DNA of 64,000 nt from Clostridia bacterium (GTDB lineage: Bacteria; Bacillota; Clostridia; Christensenellales; CAG-138). Below, one piece after another: positions 47,860 to 57,584 of this stretch. The notes beneath the pieces were generated by a model that worked only from the letters and a program-made list of their open reading frames with translations, was not told the DNA's origin and searched no databases. The translations under genes were made by a program, and so were the position numbers. Where the stretch lies: positions 34,102-98,101 of the forward strand of contig JAVVSK010000006.1 of the NCBI GenBank assembly GCA_036654235.1, in the 5' to 3' direction. The stretch's first letter is position 1. Each line of letters starts with the position of its first letter.

Positions 47860-48357
47860 ATGATAATATTGGGTATTGACCCCGGCTATGCGATATTGGG
47901 CTATGGTGTATTATTGCTTGAGGGGTCAAATTTTTCTGTAATAGATTACGGAGTTATAGAAACTAAGAGTGATATGCCTTTTCCAAAACGGCTTTCACGT
48001 TTATATGAAGGGACCAGAGCGCTCATCGAAAAGTATAGCCCTGATTGCGTTTCTTTTGAGGAACTTTTTTTTGCGAGAAATACTAAAACTGCTCTTCAAG
48101 TTGCGGCGGGACGCGGAGTATCAATATTGGCGGCTGAAGAATGCGGATTACCACTTTATGAATATACGCCTATGCAAATAAAGCTTGCTGTCTGCGGCAA
48201 CGGACATGCGGACAAACATCAAATCATGGAAACCGTTAAAATGCTACTGCACCTAAAATTAAGACCTAAGCCGGACGATGCGGCTGATGGCTTAGCTGCC
48301 GCCATATGCCATGCGAGCACGATGAAAATTTGCGCAGAGGAGTTTATTATAAAGTAA
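47860..48357 (+). CDS. ruvC: Crossover junction endodeoxyribonuclease RuvC
   Basis: MIILGIDPGYAILGYGV...VSFEELFF..N..TAL.V..ARG...PMQIK.AV.G.G.A.K.Q...DAADGLAAAICH. The ATG at 47860 follows a GCGGAGG SD. Confidence 0.92.
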   Translation: MIILGIDPGYAILGYGVLLLEGSNFSVIDYGVIETKSDMPFPKRLSRLYEGTRALIEKYSPDCVSFEELFFARNTKTALQVAAGRGVSILAAEECGLPLYEYTPMQIKLAVCGNGHADKHQIMETVKMLLHLKLRPKPDDAADGLAAAICHASTMKICAEEFIIK

Positions 48358-48947
48358 TGTACGCTTATATATCGGGATTTGTAACCGAAATTGGTTTGGC
48401 GCATGCGGTAATAGAGGCAAACGGTGTCGGATATTTACTTTTTTGCGGGACGAAAACTTTAGAAAAACTTATTTTGAATGAAAAATCAAAATTACTTACG
48501 CATTTTCGCGTTACGGATGACGCGCTTTCGCTATATGGCTTTAGCGACGAGGATGAGCGAGATATTTTCAAAAAACTGCTGACGGTATCGAGGATAGGAC
48601 CGAAGCTTGCTCTTGCCGTTATATCGAATCTAACGCCAAGCGATATTGCTTGCGCAATTGTAACTGAAAACGCAGCGGCTTTTGACTCTGTTCCCGGAAT
48701 GGGAAGAAAAACAGCGGCGCGTGTTTTGCTTGAGTTAAAGGGAAAGGTCGACGGAGAACTGAGAGTTACGACCGAGAACGGGTGCGCTATTGAATTTAAA
48801 CCGTCCGAGTTAAAAAAAGAGGCGGTTGCAGCTTTGGTATCGCTGGGATATGACGGGGTAACGGCCGGTAAAGCCGTAGCTGCCGTAAAAGATTGCGATA
48901 CTATTGAAGAGCTTATAACCCTTTCTCTTAGGGGAATAAAAAGATGA
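48357..48947 (+). CDS. ruvA: Holliday junction DNA helicase subunit RuvA
   Basis: MYAYISGFVTEIGLAHAVIEANGVGYLL...LYGF.DEDERDIFKKLLTVSRIGPKLAL. TAATG overlap with the ruvC stop. Confidence 0.92.
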   Translation: MYAYISGFVTEIGLAHAVIEANGVGYLLFCGTKTLEKLILNEKSKLLTHFRVTDDALSLYGFSDEDERDIFKKLLTVSRIGPKLALAVISNLTPSDIACAIVTENAAAFDSVPGMGRKTAARVLLELKGKVDGELRVTTENGCAIEFKPSELKKEAVAALVSLGYDGVTAGKAVAAVKDCDTIEELITLSLRGIKR

Positions 48948-48970
48948 GCTTATGATGGCTTTGGGGGATA

Positions 48971-49990
48971 ATGAACGACGAACGATTGATAACCTCATCA
49001 CTGCTTCTTGAGGATGAACAAACCGATTATAGTCTGCGTCCGCGATTTTTAAACGAATATATAGGGCAAACAGACGTTAAAGAGCATGTAAGAATATATA
49101 TGGAAGCAGCAAAGCTAAGGGGAGAGCCTCTCGACCATACGCTCTTATATGGACCTCCGGGACTTGGGAAAACGACTCTCGCCTCTATAATAGCTAACGA
49201 GATGGGAGGAAACCTTAGGATTACATCGGGACCCGCCATATCGCATGCGGGGGATCTTGCTGCGATTTTAACGAACCTTGGGCAGGGCGATATATTGTTC
49301 ATAGATGAAATTCATAGGCTTAACGCGACGGTTGAGGAAATTTTATATCCGGCTATGGAGGATTTCGCTATTGATATTATTATCGGAAAAGGTCCTTCGG
49401 CGCGGTCTATAAGATTAGATCTTCCCAAATTTACTTTAGTCGGTGCGACGACAAGGATGGGGCTTTTGACAGCACCGCTTAGGGATAGGTTCGGGATAAA
49501 AGAGCAACTGGAAATGTACAAGCCCGAAGATCTTATGGAAATAATAGTGCGAAGCGCTGATATACTTGAAATAAAAATTGATATCAACGGTGCGGAGGAA
49601 ATAGCGAAACGCTCCCGCGGAACTCCGAGGATAGCGAACCGACTTTTAAAAAGGATACGCGACTTTGCAATGGTACTTGGAAATGGCTCAATTGACCTAG
49701 AGATAACAAAGCGTGGGCTTTATATTTTGAAGATAGATGAGTTGGGTCTAGATAATACGGACAGAAGACTTTTAATGACAATGATAGAAAAATTTCCGGG
49801 TCGCGCCGTCGGGTTAGATACGTTGGCGGCATCGCTCTCCGAAGATTCGACGACTATCGAAGATGTTTACGAGCCATATCTTTTACAATTGGGCTTTATT
49901 GCTAGGACACCGAGGGGACGGATTGTTTTACCGGCGGCCTACGGACATTTGGGCTTAACGCCACAGGCGGAGGAAATAAGATTATTTTGA
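48971..49990 (+). CDS. ruvB: Holliday junction DNA helicase RuvB
   Basis: [15 protein letters not shown].....[27 protein letters not shown]...LFIDEIHRL...[10 protein letters not shown]. Confidence 0.96.
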   Translation: MNDERLITSSLLLEDEQTDYSLRPRFLNEYIGQTDVKEHVRIYMEAAKLRGEPLDHTLLYGPPGLGKTTLASIIANEMGGNLRITSGPAISHAGDLAAILTNLGQGDILFIDEIHRLNATVEEILYPAMEDFAIDIIIGKGPSARSIRLDLPKFTLVGATTRMGLLTAPLRDRFGIKEQLEMYKPEDLMEIIVRSADILEIKIDINGAEEIAKRSRGTPRIANRLLKRIRDFAMVLGNGSIDLEITKRGLYILKIDELGLDNTDRRLLMTMIEKFPGRAVGLDTLAASLSEDSTTIEDVYEPYLLQLGFIARTPRGRIVLPAAYGHLGLTPQAEEIRLF

Positions 49991-50004
49991 CGGAGGTAAG
50001 CTTC

Positions 50005-50907
50005 ATGAATAAGAGAGTCAAGGAACTCGAAACAATGCTGGAGGAACGCAACCAAGAGCTTGAAATGATGGCGTCGAGAGTAGGCGAGCTGAACAGTAGA
50101 CTTGATGAGTATAGAACGCGCGAAGCGTCTATCGCTTATGCACTGACACAGGCTCATGAAACGAGTATGCGAATAATTGACGACGCTAACCAGAACGTAA
50201 AAAATGCGGAACTTGAAGCCGAACGCATCAAGAAAAACGCTCAAGGCGACGCGAAAAGTACGCGCGAAAAAGCGAGGCGTGATTCTCAGTCGATGTTAGA
50301 CAGAGCTAAAGCGGAAGCTCAGGAAATAACGAATAAGGCTAAAGCGGATGCCGTAGAAATATCAATAAAATCCGATATAATAGTCAAAGAGGCTGAGGAT
50401 AAAGCGAAAAAGCATGAAGAATATTCAAATTATCTCGACAAGCTCATGCTTGATGTATCGAGAAAACTTTATGCTTTTATATCTGAACTTAAAAACGACG
50501 AAGAAATTGAACATGCGAATGGTCAGGGCGTAGGCGCTATAATAAAAACGCATCTTGGGATTCCTAAACAATATGTTGATTCCAAACAGCTTTATCATAC
50601 TATAATGAAGCTGGATGGACGCGCATTTCCGGAAGCTTCGGAAGTTTCGGAAGCTTCGGAAGTTTCGGAAAATTTGAAAGATGATGACGTTAAGGACGGC
50701 GGCTTTAAACTGGAAGCGAGCGATGCTCTATGCGACGACGAAGATCAGTTCGATCCTGACGATATAGTGTTCGAGGAGTTTAACGAATCGTTCAACGTTG
50801 GCGACGATATAGCGGTAGCAATATCGGGGATAAACAACTTTGATAGCGCGGAAACCGACGACGATGATAATCTCATAAAGCCTATTACGATAGATCTGTT
50901 TGATTGA
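50005..50907 (+). CDS. DivIVA-like coiled-coil protein with a strongly acidic C-terminal half
   Basis: MNKRVKELETMLEERNQELEMMASRVGELNSRLDEYRTREASIAYALTQAHE, followed by a Lys/Ala/Glu coiled coil and then a D/E-rich tail. It directly follows ruvB. Confidence 0.6.
   Translation: MNKRVKELETMLEERNQELEMMASRVGELNSRLDEYRTREASIAYALTQAHETSMRIIDDANQNVKNAELEAERIKKNAQGDAKSTREKARRDSQSMLDRAKAEAQEITNKAKADAVEISIKSDIIVKEAEDKAKKHEEYSNYLDKLMLDVSRKLYAFISELKNDEEIEHANGQGVGAIIKTHLGIPKQYVDSKQLYHTIMKLDGRAFPEASEVSEASEVSENLKDDDVKDGGFKLEASDALCDDEDQFDPDDIVFEEFNESFNVGDDIAVAISGINNFDSAETDDDDNLIKPITIDLFD
50632..50667 (+). repeat. Perfect 18-bp in-frame tandem repeat, 2 copies, encoding EASEVS twice
   Basis: GAAGCTTCGGAAGTTTCG occurs at 50632-50649 and again at 50650-50667. 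Confidence 0.85.
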
Positions 50908-50965
50908 CAAAAGTTAAATTACAATGCTATAATCCGCTGATATTTTTTGATTGGAGTTAGAAAAG

Positions 50966-52402
50966 ATGCCTAAGAAGAATGATGAATTTGTAAAAGAAAT
51001 AGCTTCGAGGACGGAAAATTTTCCCCAATGGTACACCGACGTTGTTATAAAGACCGATATGGTAGACTATTCCGACGTAAAGGGCTGTATGGTAATAAAA
51101 CCATATGGCTATAGTATCTGGGAACTTATACAGGAAGAGTTGAATAGGAGGTTTAAAGAAACAGGTCATAAAAACGCTTATTTTCCTCTCTTTATTCCGG
51201 AAAGCCTTTTAAAGAAGGAGGCGGAGCATGTTAAGGGCTTCGCGCCCGAGGTAGCTTGGGTAACGCATGGCGGCGACGAGGAACTTGCGGAAAGGCTTTG
51301 CGTTCGTCCGACGAGCGAGACTATAATCTGCTCAATGTATTCAAAATGGATACAGTCGTATCGCGATTTACCCGTTTTGATAAACCAATGGGCAAATGTT
51401 GTGCGTTGGGAAAAAAGCACGAGACCTTTTCTTAGGACGACCGAATTTTTATGGCAAGAGGGACATACGGCGCATGCGACATTCGACGAGGCACAGGAAG
51501 AAACTATTCGCATGTTGAACGTATATATAGACTTCATGGAAAACGTTCTCGCGATACCGGTAATAGCAGGGCAAAAGAGCGAAAAGGAAAAGTTCGCCGG
51601 CGCTTATGCGACTTATACTATGGAAGCCATGATGCAGGACGGAAAAGCCTTACAAATAGGCACTTCGCATAATTTGGGAGACCATTTCGCAAAGGCTTAC
51701 GATATAAAATACCTAAGCAAAGAGGGAAAACTCGAATATTGCAATACTACCTCATGGGGAACGAGTACTCGAATGATAGGCGGAATTATAATGGCACATG
51801 GAGATGACCGTGGATTGGTTTTACCTCCGAAGGTTGCGCCTACTCAGGTTGTTATTTTACCTATAGCCTCGCATAAAGAGGGAGTATTGGATAGGGCTTT
51901 CGAGCTTAAAAAAGAGCTTATTGACGCGGGGATACGCGTTGAACTTGACGATAGGGATTATTCTGCTGGTTGGAAATTTAACGAATGGGAAATGAAGGGC
52001 GTTCCTATACGCCTTGAGATAGGACCGCGCGATATAGAAACAGGTGTTGCGGTTCTGATGAGAAGAGATACCCTTGAAAAACAAACAGCGGAGCTTTCGG
52101 GTATTACCGAAACTATTAAGGCTCTCCTTTCAGACGTTCAGCTTGGGCTTTATAATAAGGCTCTCGCTCTAAGAGAAGGTAAAACTTCCGACGTTAAGAA
52201 TATGGACGCATTGGAAACGGGAGTACAAACGGGATTTGTCCGCGCAATGTGGTGCGGAGAGCGCGCTTGTGAAGACGAGATAAAGTCAAAAACGGGGGCT
52301 ACAAGCCGTTGCATTCCGTTTAAACAGGAGAATTTATCCGATACTTGCGTATGTTGCGGTAAAAAAGCAAAGCACATGATGTATTTTGCTAAGGCATATT
52401 GA
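50966..52402 (+). CDS. proS: Proline--tRNA ligase, archaeal/eukaryote-like type without the INS editing domain
   Basis: WYTDVVIKTDMVDYSDVKGCMVIKPYGYSIWE, RPTSETI, RTTEFLWQEGH and GTSHNLG, with a C-terminal zinc-binding domain ending in FAKAY. 478 aa counted from the ATG at 50966. Confidence 0.93.
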   Translation: MPKKNDEFVKEIASRTENFPQWYTDVVIKTDMVDYSDVKGCMVIKPYGYSIWELIQEELNRRFKETGHKNAYFPLFIPESLLKKEAEHVKGFAPEVAWVTHGGDEELAERLCVRPTSETIICSMYSKWIQSYRDLPVLINQWANVVRWEKSTRPFLRTTEFLWQEGHTAHATFDEAQEETIRMLNVYIDFMENVLAIPVIAGQKSEKEKFAGAYATYTMEAMMQDGKALQIGTSHNLGDHFAKAYDIKYLSKEGKLEYCNTTSWGTSTRMIGGIIMAHGDDRGLVLPPKVAPTQVVILPIASHKEGVLDRAFELKKELIDAGIRVELDDRDYSAGWKFNEWEMKGVPIRLEIGPRDIETGVAVLMRRDTLEKQTAELSGITETIKALLSDVQLGLYNKALALREGKTSDVKNMDALETGVQTGFVRAMWCGERACEDEIKSKTGATSRCIPFKQENLSDTCVCCGKKAKHMMYFAKAY

Positions 52403-52455
52403 TTAATATTCAATAAAATATATAGTTAAAAATCCCGAGTATCTTAAAATAACGC

Positions 52456-52484
52456 TTGCATTATTTATTTACATGACGTATACT
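52456..52484 (+). promoter_or_regulatory. Putative sigma-A promoter of the zinc-ribbon gene
   Basis: TTGCAT (52456-52461), a 17-nt spacer, then TATACT (52479-52484). Confidence 0.45.
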
Positions 52485-52544
52485 AGAGATGGTGTCCGAT
52501 AATGTCGGTTGTACCGAAAATAATATTACTAAGGGGATTTTCAA

Positions 52545-52820
52545 ATGTTCCAAGACAAAGTACTAGTTTGCAGGGACTGTGGCGCAGAGTTTGTGTTCAC
52601 GGGTGGTGAGCAGGAATTCTATGCGTCGAAGGGTTTTCAGAACGAGCCGTCTCGTTGCAAAGAATGCAGAACCGGTCGCAAGAATCAACGTGGTGGCGAT
52701 AGGCAGATGCATGATGCCGTTTGTGCAGAATGTGGCAGACCTACTCAAATACCTTTCGAGCCGAAGAATGACAGACCTATTTATTGCAAAGAATGCTTCC
52801 AAAATCACAGAGGAGTCTAA
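52545..52820 (+). CDS. Small double zinc-ribbon protein (zf-trcl / CxxC-x17-CxxC type)
   Basis: VCRDCGAEFVFTGGEQEFYASKGFQNEPSRCKEC and AVCAECGRPTQIPFEPKNDRPIYCKECF form two CxxC...CxxC units. AAGGGGA SD. Confidence 0.75.
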   Translation: MFQDKVLVCRDCGAEFVFTGGEQEFYASKGFQNEPSRCKECRTGRKNQRGGDRQMHDAVCAECGRPTQIPFEPKNDRPIYCKECFQNHRGV

Positions 52821-52864
52821 TCCCCTTTGCCCGCTGAGCGGATATCGGTGAATTAGAAAACGGT

Positions 52865-52897
52865 CGCGGCGTTTCATTTAGAAATGCCGCGTTTTCT
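52865..52897 (+). terminator. Intrinsic terminator
   Basis: CGCGGCGTTTC (52865-52875) pairs with GAAATGCCGCG (52881-52891) with one G-U pair, then TTTTCTT. Confidence 0.7.
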
Positions 52898-52989
52898 TAT
52901 ATTATAATCGCATGCATGTAAAAATCAATAATAACATTTGAAGCAGAAATTGCGTTGTTTTGCCATACAAACAACATAAAAGATTATGA

Positions 52990-53018
52990 TTGCAATTTTT
53001 CCTTTTATAGTGTAGAAT
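52990..53018 (+). promoter_or_regulatory. Putative sigma-A promoter of the Wzz/BY-kinase/phosphatase operon
   Basis: TTGCAA (52990-52995), a 17-nt spacer, then TAGAAT (53013-53018). Confidence 0.45.
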
Positions 53019-53050
53019 CAATTCCATAGTTTTATTCCAAGGAGAATCTG

Positions 53051-53713
53051 ATGAGAAATCTTACATTGAAAGATATTATCGCTATTTTGCGCAACAGAAT
53101 AGTTTTGATAATTATACTTCCCATTGTTACTATGACGGTGGCGGCATATCTTAGTTTTAACGTGATTGTACCAACTTATGTAGCTCAAACCTCTCTATAT
53201 GTTTTGAATACTAGCAATGAACAAATTTCTTCAAGCGATCTTACAGCGGGGCTTCAGCTAATAGAGGATTACCGCGAGATTGCGAAGAGCAATAGCGTTG
53301 TTTCGGGAACGGCGAGAAAATTAGAATTGCCCGACCTTAAGGGATATGATATTGATGTATCTTCCGTAAACGATTCGCGCGTACTTAGAATTTCCGTAAC
53401 GGGTACGGATCCAACTATGACGGCAAATGTCGCGAACGAACTTGCCGCGCAGTTTACCGAACGTGTAATGGAAATACTTAAAGTCGATAACGTGTCGGTA
53501 ATTGATTCCGCCGATACGCCGACTATTCCGTTTGCTCCGAAAAAAGCGCAAAATATATTGATAGCCGGACTTGTTGGACTTGTCACCGCGATAGCTGTTT
53601 CTATAGCAATAGATATGTTAAATACAACCGTTCGAACATCCGACGATATTGAAGAACAATTAAAGCTTCCTGTTTTAGCTAGGATACCTAAAATTGAGGA
53701 GAAAAAATCATGA
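53051..53713 (+). CDS. Wzz/CpsC/TkmA-type chain-length determinant (BY-kinase transmembrane modulator)
   Basis: N-terminal TM RIVLIIILPIVTMTVAAYLSF, an extracytoplasmic Wzz domain, a C-terminal TM ILIAGLVGLVTAIAVSIAIDML and a juxtamembrane tail. Confidence 0.8.
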   Translation: MRNLTLKDIIAILRNRIVLIIILPIVTMTVAAYLSFNVIVPTYVAQTSLYVLNTSNEQISSSDLTAGLQLIEDYREIAKSNSVVSGTARKLELPDLKGYDIDVSSVNDSRVLRISVTGTDPTMTANVANELAAQFTERVMEILKVDNVSVIDSADTPTIPFAPKKAQNILIAGLVGLVTAIAVSIAIDMLNTTVRTSDDIEEQLKLPVLARIPKIEEKKS

Positions 53714-54456
53714 AATTCAGAGAAAAAAATCCTTTTGAAAAGAAAAAAATCAGCATACCCGTTAGCGTTATAGATTCATATATGCGCGGCTCCCTAAGGT
53801 TGCGGGATTCTATAAAAATTTTACGTACTAATATACAGTTTGCCGGAATAGATGATGAAATAAAATCAATCGTGGTAACCAGTACGAATAAGGGCGAGGG
53901 AAAAACAACGACATCGTGTAATCTCGCTATAGCTATGGCGGAAGCCGGGAAACGCACCTTACTTGTCGAAGCGGACTGCCGTCACCCAATGTTGGGCAAC
54001 AGACTAAAAATAAGACCTAAGTTAGGATTTGTATCGCATTTATACGGCAAAACGAGTTTAGACGATATAATTACCGCAACAGAGCTTCCGGGATTGTTCT
54101 TATTGGATGCCGAACCGCATATAAGCAATCCTGTAGAGATTATAGATTCGAATAAGTTTACGGTTATGATGGCTGAGCTAAGGGATAAGTTCGATATGGT
54201 TATTTACGATACGGCACCTTTGGGATCGTTTATTGAAGCTGCGCTAATAGCGGCAAGGGCAGATGCAACGATTATCATTATAGCTCCGGGGATGACGGAC
54301 ATTGAAAAGGTTAAAGGTGTTTTGGAACAATTAAAAAAGGCCAATGCCCGCGTTCTCGGTGCAGTACTGAATGGGATTGAGGTTGAACGTACAAATTATC
54401 ATTATGATTATTACTATTATGGAAACAGAGATAAGAAAAAGGGCGCGAAAACTTAA
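53710..54456 (+). CDS. CpsD/CapB/PtkA-type bacterial tyrosine kinase (BY-kinase)
   Basis: Walker A TSTNKGEGKTTTSCNLA, Walker A' LLVEADCR, Walker B VIYDTAPL and the C-terminal tyrosine cluster YHYDYYYYG. ATGA overlap with the upstream gene. Confidence 0.88.
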   Translation: MKFREKNPFEKKKISIPVSVIDSYMRGSLRLRDSIKILRTNIQFAGIDDEIKSIVVTSTNKGEGKTTTSCNLAIAMAEAGKRTLLVEADCRHPMLGNRLKIRPKLGFVSHLYGKTSLDDIITATELPGLFLLDAEPHISNPVEIIDSNKFTVMMAELRDKFDMVIYDTAPLGSFIEAALIAARADATIIIIAPGMTDIEKVKGVLEQLKKANARVLGAVLNGIEVERTNYHYDYYYYGNRDKKKGAKT

Positions 54457-54481
54457 AAAAGGAAGGCGTGCGATATAGATT

Positions 54482-55144
54482 ATGTTTGATATTCACAGTC
54501 ATGTTTTATACGGAGTAGATGATGGAGCGCGAACGATTGATGAATCGGTAGATATGCTTAAAAAAGCGAAAATGTCAGGGATTGATAAAATTATTGCGAC
54601 ACCGCATGTAAGGCGCGAATACGGGAACGTGAACCTTATGCGAGAGCGTTTTTTAGAGGTTCGAGATGAAGCGGATAAACTTGGGATAAAACTTTTTATG
54701 GGCTACGAAGTAAATTGTCTTATGTTAACGGATATTAAACCCGAGGATTATAAAAGCTACTGTATAGAGGGTACAAACTCGTTTTTGCTTGAGTTTGAGT
54801 TCTCAAATATACCCGCATATTTTGATACTATGATATATGCGCTTCAAAAAGAGGGGCTCACGGTTATAATCGCGCATCCGGAACGCTATTTATTCGTTCT
54901 AAAGGATTTTAAGATCGCAGAGCGTCTTATAGAAATGGGCTGTGAAATTCAAATTGAGTCTTGGAGTCTATCGCTTCCTAAGTTTTCTAATCAAAGGCGA
55001 GTTGCGGAAAAACTTATAACTGAAGGAAAAGCGCATTATATAGCATCGGACGCACACAAAAGCGAGGATTATATCAATTTTGCAAAAAATATAAGACGGT
55101 ACGGAAAAACGTTCCTTGCGCCGTCATTGAGCATAAATATATAA
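54482..55144 (+). CDS. CpsB/CapC/PtpZ-type PHP-domain phosphotyrosine phosphatase
   Basis: MFDIHSHVLYGVDDGA, ATPH, IAHPERY and ASDAH metal-binding motifs. Confidence 0.85.
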   Translation: MFDIHSHVLYGVDDGARTIDESVDMLKKAKMSGIDKIIATPHVRREYGNVNLMRERFLEVRDEADKLGIKLFMGYEVNCLMLTDIKPEDYKSYCIEGTNSFLLEFEFSNIPAYFDTMIYALQKEGLTVIIAHPERYLFVLKDFKIAERLIEMGCEIQIESWSLSLPKFSNQRRVAEKLITEGKAHYIASDAHKSEDYINFAKNIRRYGKTFLAPSLSINI

Positions 55145-55327
55145 TTAACTGCAACTTTTAAGCGATATGTAAAAATATGTTTACTCTTTAATAAAAAGCA
55201 AATGTTTTTTTGACTTAATTGTACAACTATAACGATTGCGTAGGCTAAAGAACGAATAAATCTATGTTCTTCGCAAAAGCCGCTTGTTTACGGAGTATTA
55301 AACATTGTTATATAATTCATAATAAAT

Positions 55328-55362
55328 TCCGAGGAGATTTATTCGTCCTCGGGATTTTTTTT
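55328..55362 (+). terminator. Intrinsic terminator
   Basis: CCGAGGA (55328-55334) / TCCTCGG (55345-55351), followed by GA and T9. Confidence 0.7.
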
Positions 55363-55476
55363 TAAAAAGAGCCCTTAAAGGGATTGCAATTTTAAAAGGT
55401 ATGCTTTATAATGATTTAGAATCAATGGGGGACGCGTTTGCGTCAGCCCGAAATTAATTTAGGAGGAAACAAAACA

Positions 55477-57459
55477 ATGAAGAAAATCGTTGCATTTGCA
55501 CTTGCGTTGGCTATGGTTTTAGCGCTTGTGCCGAATACTTTCGCAACAAATGTACTTGGCGCACAGAAATCCGCTTATACGCCAAAGTCTAATTTCCAAA
55601 CTGAAACCGCCGGCAATCTAGCGGCAGACAGAGAACTCCCCGGGAATAATGCGGCTGATGTTGCCAATCTCGAGGTTAATGAAGAATGGGAATCTATTAA
55701 GAACCCAAGTAAACTTGAAAGTCCGGAAATGGACTTCAATGACGAAAACTTTAATCGTTGGCGCGTTCCGTTCCCCGAAATTGGTTATGGTGCAGTTTTT
55801 GATCTTGCAACCGATTTCTCGGACATGGATCCTTTCTTCAACGACCAGACAGCTAACTGCTGGGGCTTGATGTTCTATTGGAGCGCCGATGAAACGACCA
55901 ATTACGTCTACAGCGAAAATGATAAAGTTTATGCAATGGCTCAACTTTGGGAAGGCTTTACTGCCGAGGATGATCTAAACCTTTGCATGGCTGTTTTTGC
56001 CGGAGATAACGAGGCTGAGGAAATAAGTCTTGCCGGATATTCTATCAACAATCAGTATGTTACAACGAAACATACTGCTCCTGCTGATAACTACATGTAT
56101 GCGTTCCTACTCTTCACATGGGATCAGTCATTTAATGCTGGCAAAATATTCTTGACGGGCAACCTCTATGAGAAGGAAGCTGCGAATCTTAATACAACGG
56201 CAACTCTTGCTCTTGGTCAGACCGCGACTCTTGATATTGGCGGTGCCGATACCGAGCTGTTCCTTGATCCGTTCTTTAGCGAAGTTTACGGAAAAGCTTA
56301 TTCCGTAGATCTTAAAGCGGGCGATAAGTTTACGATTACATTCGACGGCAGTGATAAGATCGGTATAATGGCTTATGTATTCAATGAGAGTTGGGGCTTG
56401 GTGTCGCGAACGGGTATTTCAAAAGCCGACTTTGAAGATGGGCATACGTATGATAACGTATACCTTGATTACAGAACCCCTGTCAACGAAAAAATTTATA
56501 TTGTATTGGCGGGCTTCGATTATTCCGATACAGGAACGGTAAATATGAAGCTTAGCGAATACAACGGTGAATGGGTAGCCGAAAATATCAATTTCTCAGA
56601 GCTTAACACGACCAATGTTGGCGTTGACGGCGAGGGCAACCTTATTGAAGGCGCACACTGGGGATATGTATGGTATGCTGAAGATGGAGTAGGCGAACTT
56701 CATATTGTATATCCCGGCGAATACACCTTTACGGCAGAAAACCCGAATGTTGTTGTAATTCCTTATGACAATACAGTTATGCATCTTAATGGTGCAACTT
56801 TCGCTGGCATACTGTCTCTCGCGAAACAGGCTCCGGTAGAAGTTAACTGTATGACAGACAACAATAAAATAGAGAGTAATGGCGTTATGCCGTATGCACT
56901 CTATAATATTTCAAGCGAGAAAGCTTTCGCACCGATATACTTCACAGGTATGGGCGGCGTAGATCTCATAGCTCCTTCCGGAGTTGAACTTCAGAGCGCT
57001 TCTCTTCACATTGGCTGTGCCAGATACCATGCTACCGCTATCGGCGGCGACGGTATTGAATACGCCTTTGCAACAACTACTTTTGAAGCAACCCTTACCC
57101 TTGGAGCCGGCGCAACGATAGAAGACGATCTCGTTCTTGCAACCGTTTGGTCCGATGCGACTGAGTCTGCGGTTCTTGCTTATTCATTCGCTCCTGTAGC
57201 GGATATCCATAATCAATCGGACGAAATTCTCAATATCGCTGCTGAAGTTACCGTAAAGAACTCTGTTGGTATCCGTGGCGATGCTAATGGCGATGGCACG
57301 GTTAACTCCGGCGATGCTTCCGCTATACTTCGTTTCCTTGCGAAACTTGATGTAATCGAAGGACAGAACCTCATTAATGCCGACTATAACCAGGACGGCA
57401 ACGTTAACTCCGGCGATGCTTCAGGTATCCTTCTTTTCTTAGCAGGCGGCGCACACTAA
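55477..57459 (+). CDS. Secreted dockerin-containing protein of unknown function, with a possible PPC-like beta-sandwich mid-domain
   Basis: An AGGAGGA SD precedes the ATG at 55477. The signal peptide reads MKKIVAFALALAMVLALVPNTFA. The C-terminal type-I dockerin reads GDANGDGTVNSGDASAILRFL...DYNQDGNVNSGDASGILLFL. I recognised no catalytic motif in the roughly 570-aa N-terminal part. Confidence 0.8.
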   Translation: MKKIVAFALALAMVLALVPNTFATNVLGAQKSAYTPKSNFQTETAGNLAADRELPGNNAADVANLEVNEEWESIKNPSKLESPEMDFNDENFNRWRVPFPEIGYGAVFDLATDFSDMDPFFNDQTANCWGLMFYWSADETTNYVYSENDKVYAMAQLWEGFTAEDDLNLCMAVFAGDNEAEEISLAGYSINNQYVTTKHTAPADNYMYAFLLFTWDQSFNAGKIFLTGNLYEKEAANLNTTATLALGQTATLDIGGADTELFLDPFFSEVYGKAYSVDLKAGDKFTITFDGSDKIGIMAYVFNESWGLVSRTGISKADFEDGHTYDNVYLDYRTPVNEKIYIVLAGFDYSDTGTVNMKLSEYNGEWVAENINFSELNTTNVGVDGEGNLIEGAHWGYVWYAEDGVGELHIVYPGEYTFTAENPNVVVIPYDNTVMHLNGATFAGILSLAKQAPVEVNCMTDNNKIESNGVMPYALYNISSEKAFAPIYFTGMGGVDLIAPSGVELQSASLHIGCARYHATAIGGDGIEYAFATTTFEATLTLGAGATIEDDLVLATVWSDATESAVLAYSFAPVADIHNQSDEILNIAAEVTVKNSVGIRGDANGDGTVNSGDASAILRFLAKLDVIEGQNLINADYNQDGNVNSGDASGILLFLAGGAH

Positions 57460-57495
57460 TAGGTTTTAGATTTTAAGTTTGAAACTTAATTGATC

Positions 57496-57532
57496 GAGAG
57501 AGGCTGATCATTAATTGATTAGCCTCTCTCTT
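57496..57532 (+). terminator. Probable terminator of the dockerin gene
   Basis: GAGAGAGGCTGATCA (57496-57510) / TGATTAGCCTCTCTC (57516-57530), with one mismatch, followed only by TT. Confidence 0.5.
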
Positions 57533-57584
57533 ATGCTATATTAAACAGCCTTTATTATATTGAGATTCAATAGCTTGAGTTTCT

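Noticed and set aside
52563-52877. Overlapping ORFs (52579-52851 plus strand, 52563-52877 minus strand) around the zinc-ribbon gene
   Set aside because: The 52545-52820 frame has the SD and the paired CxxC motifs, and the others have neither.
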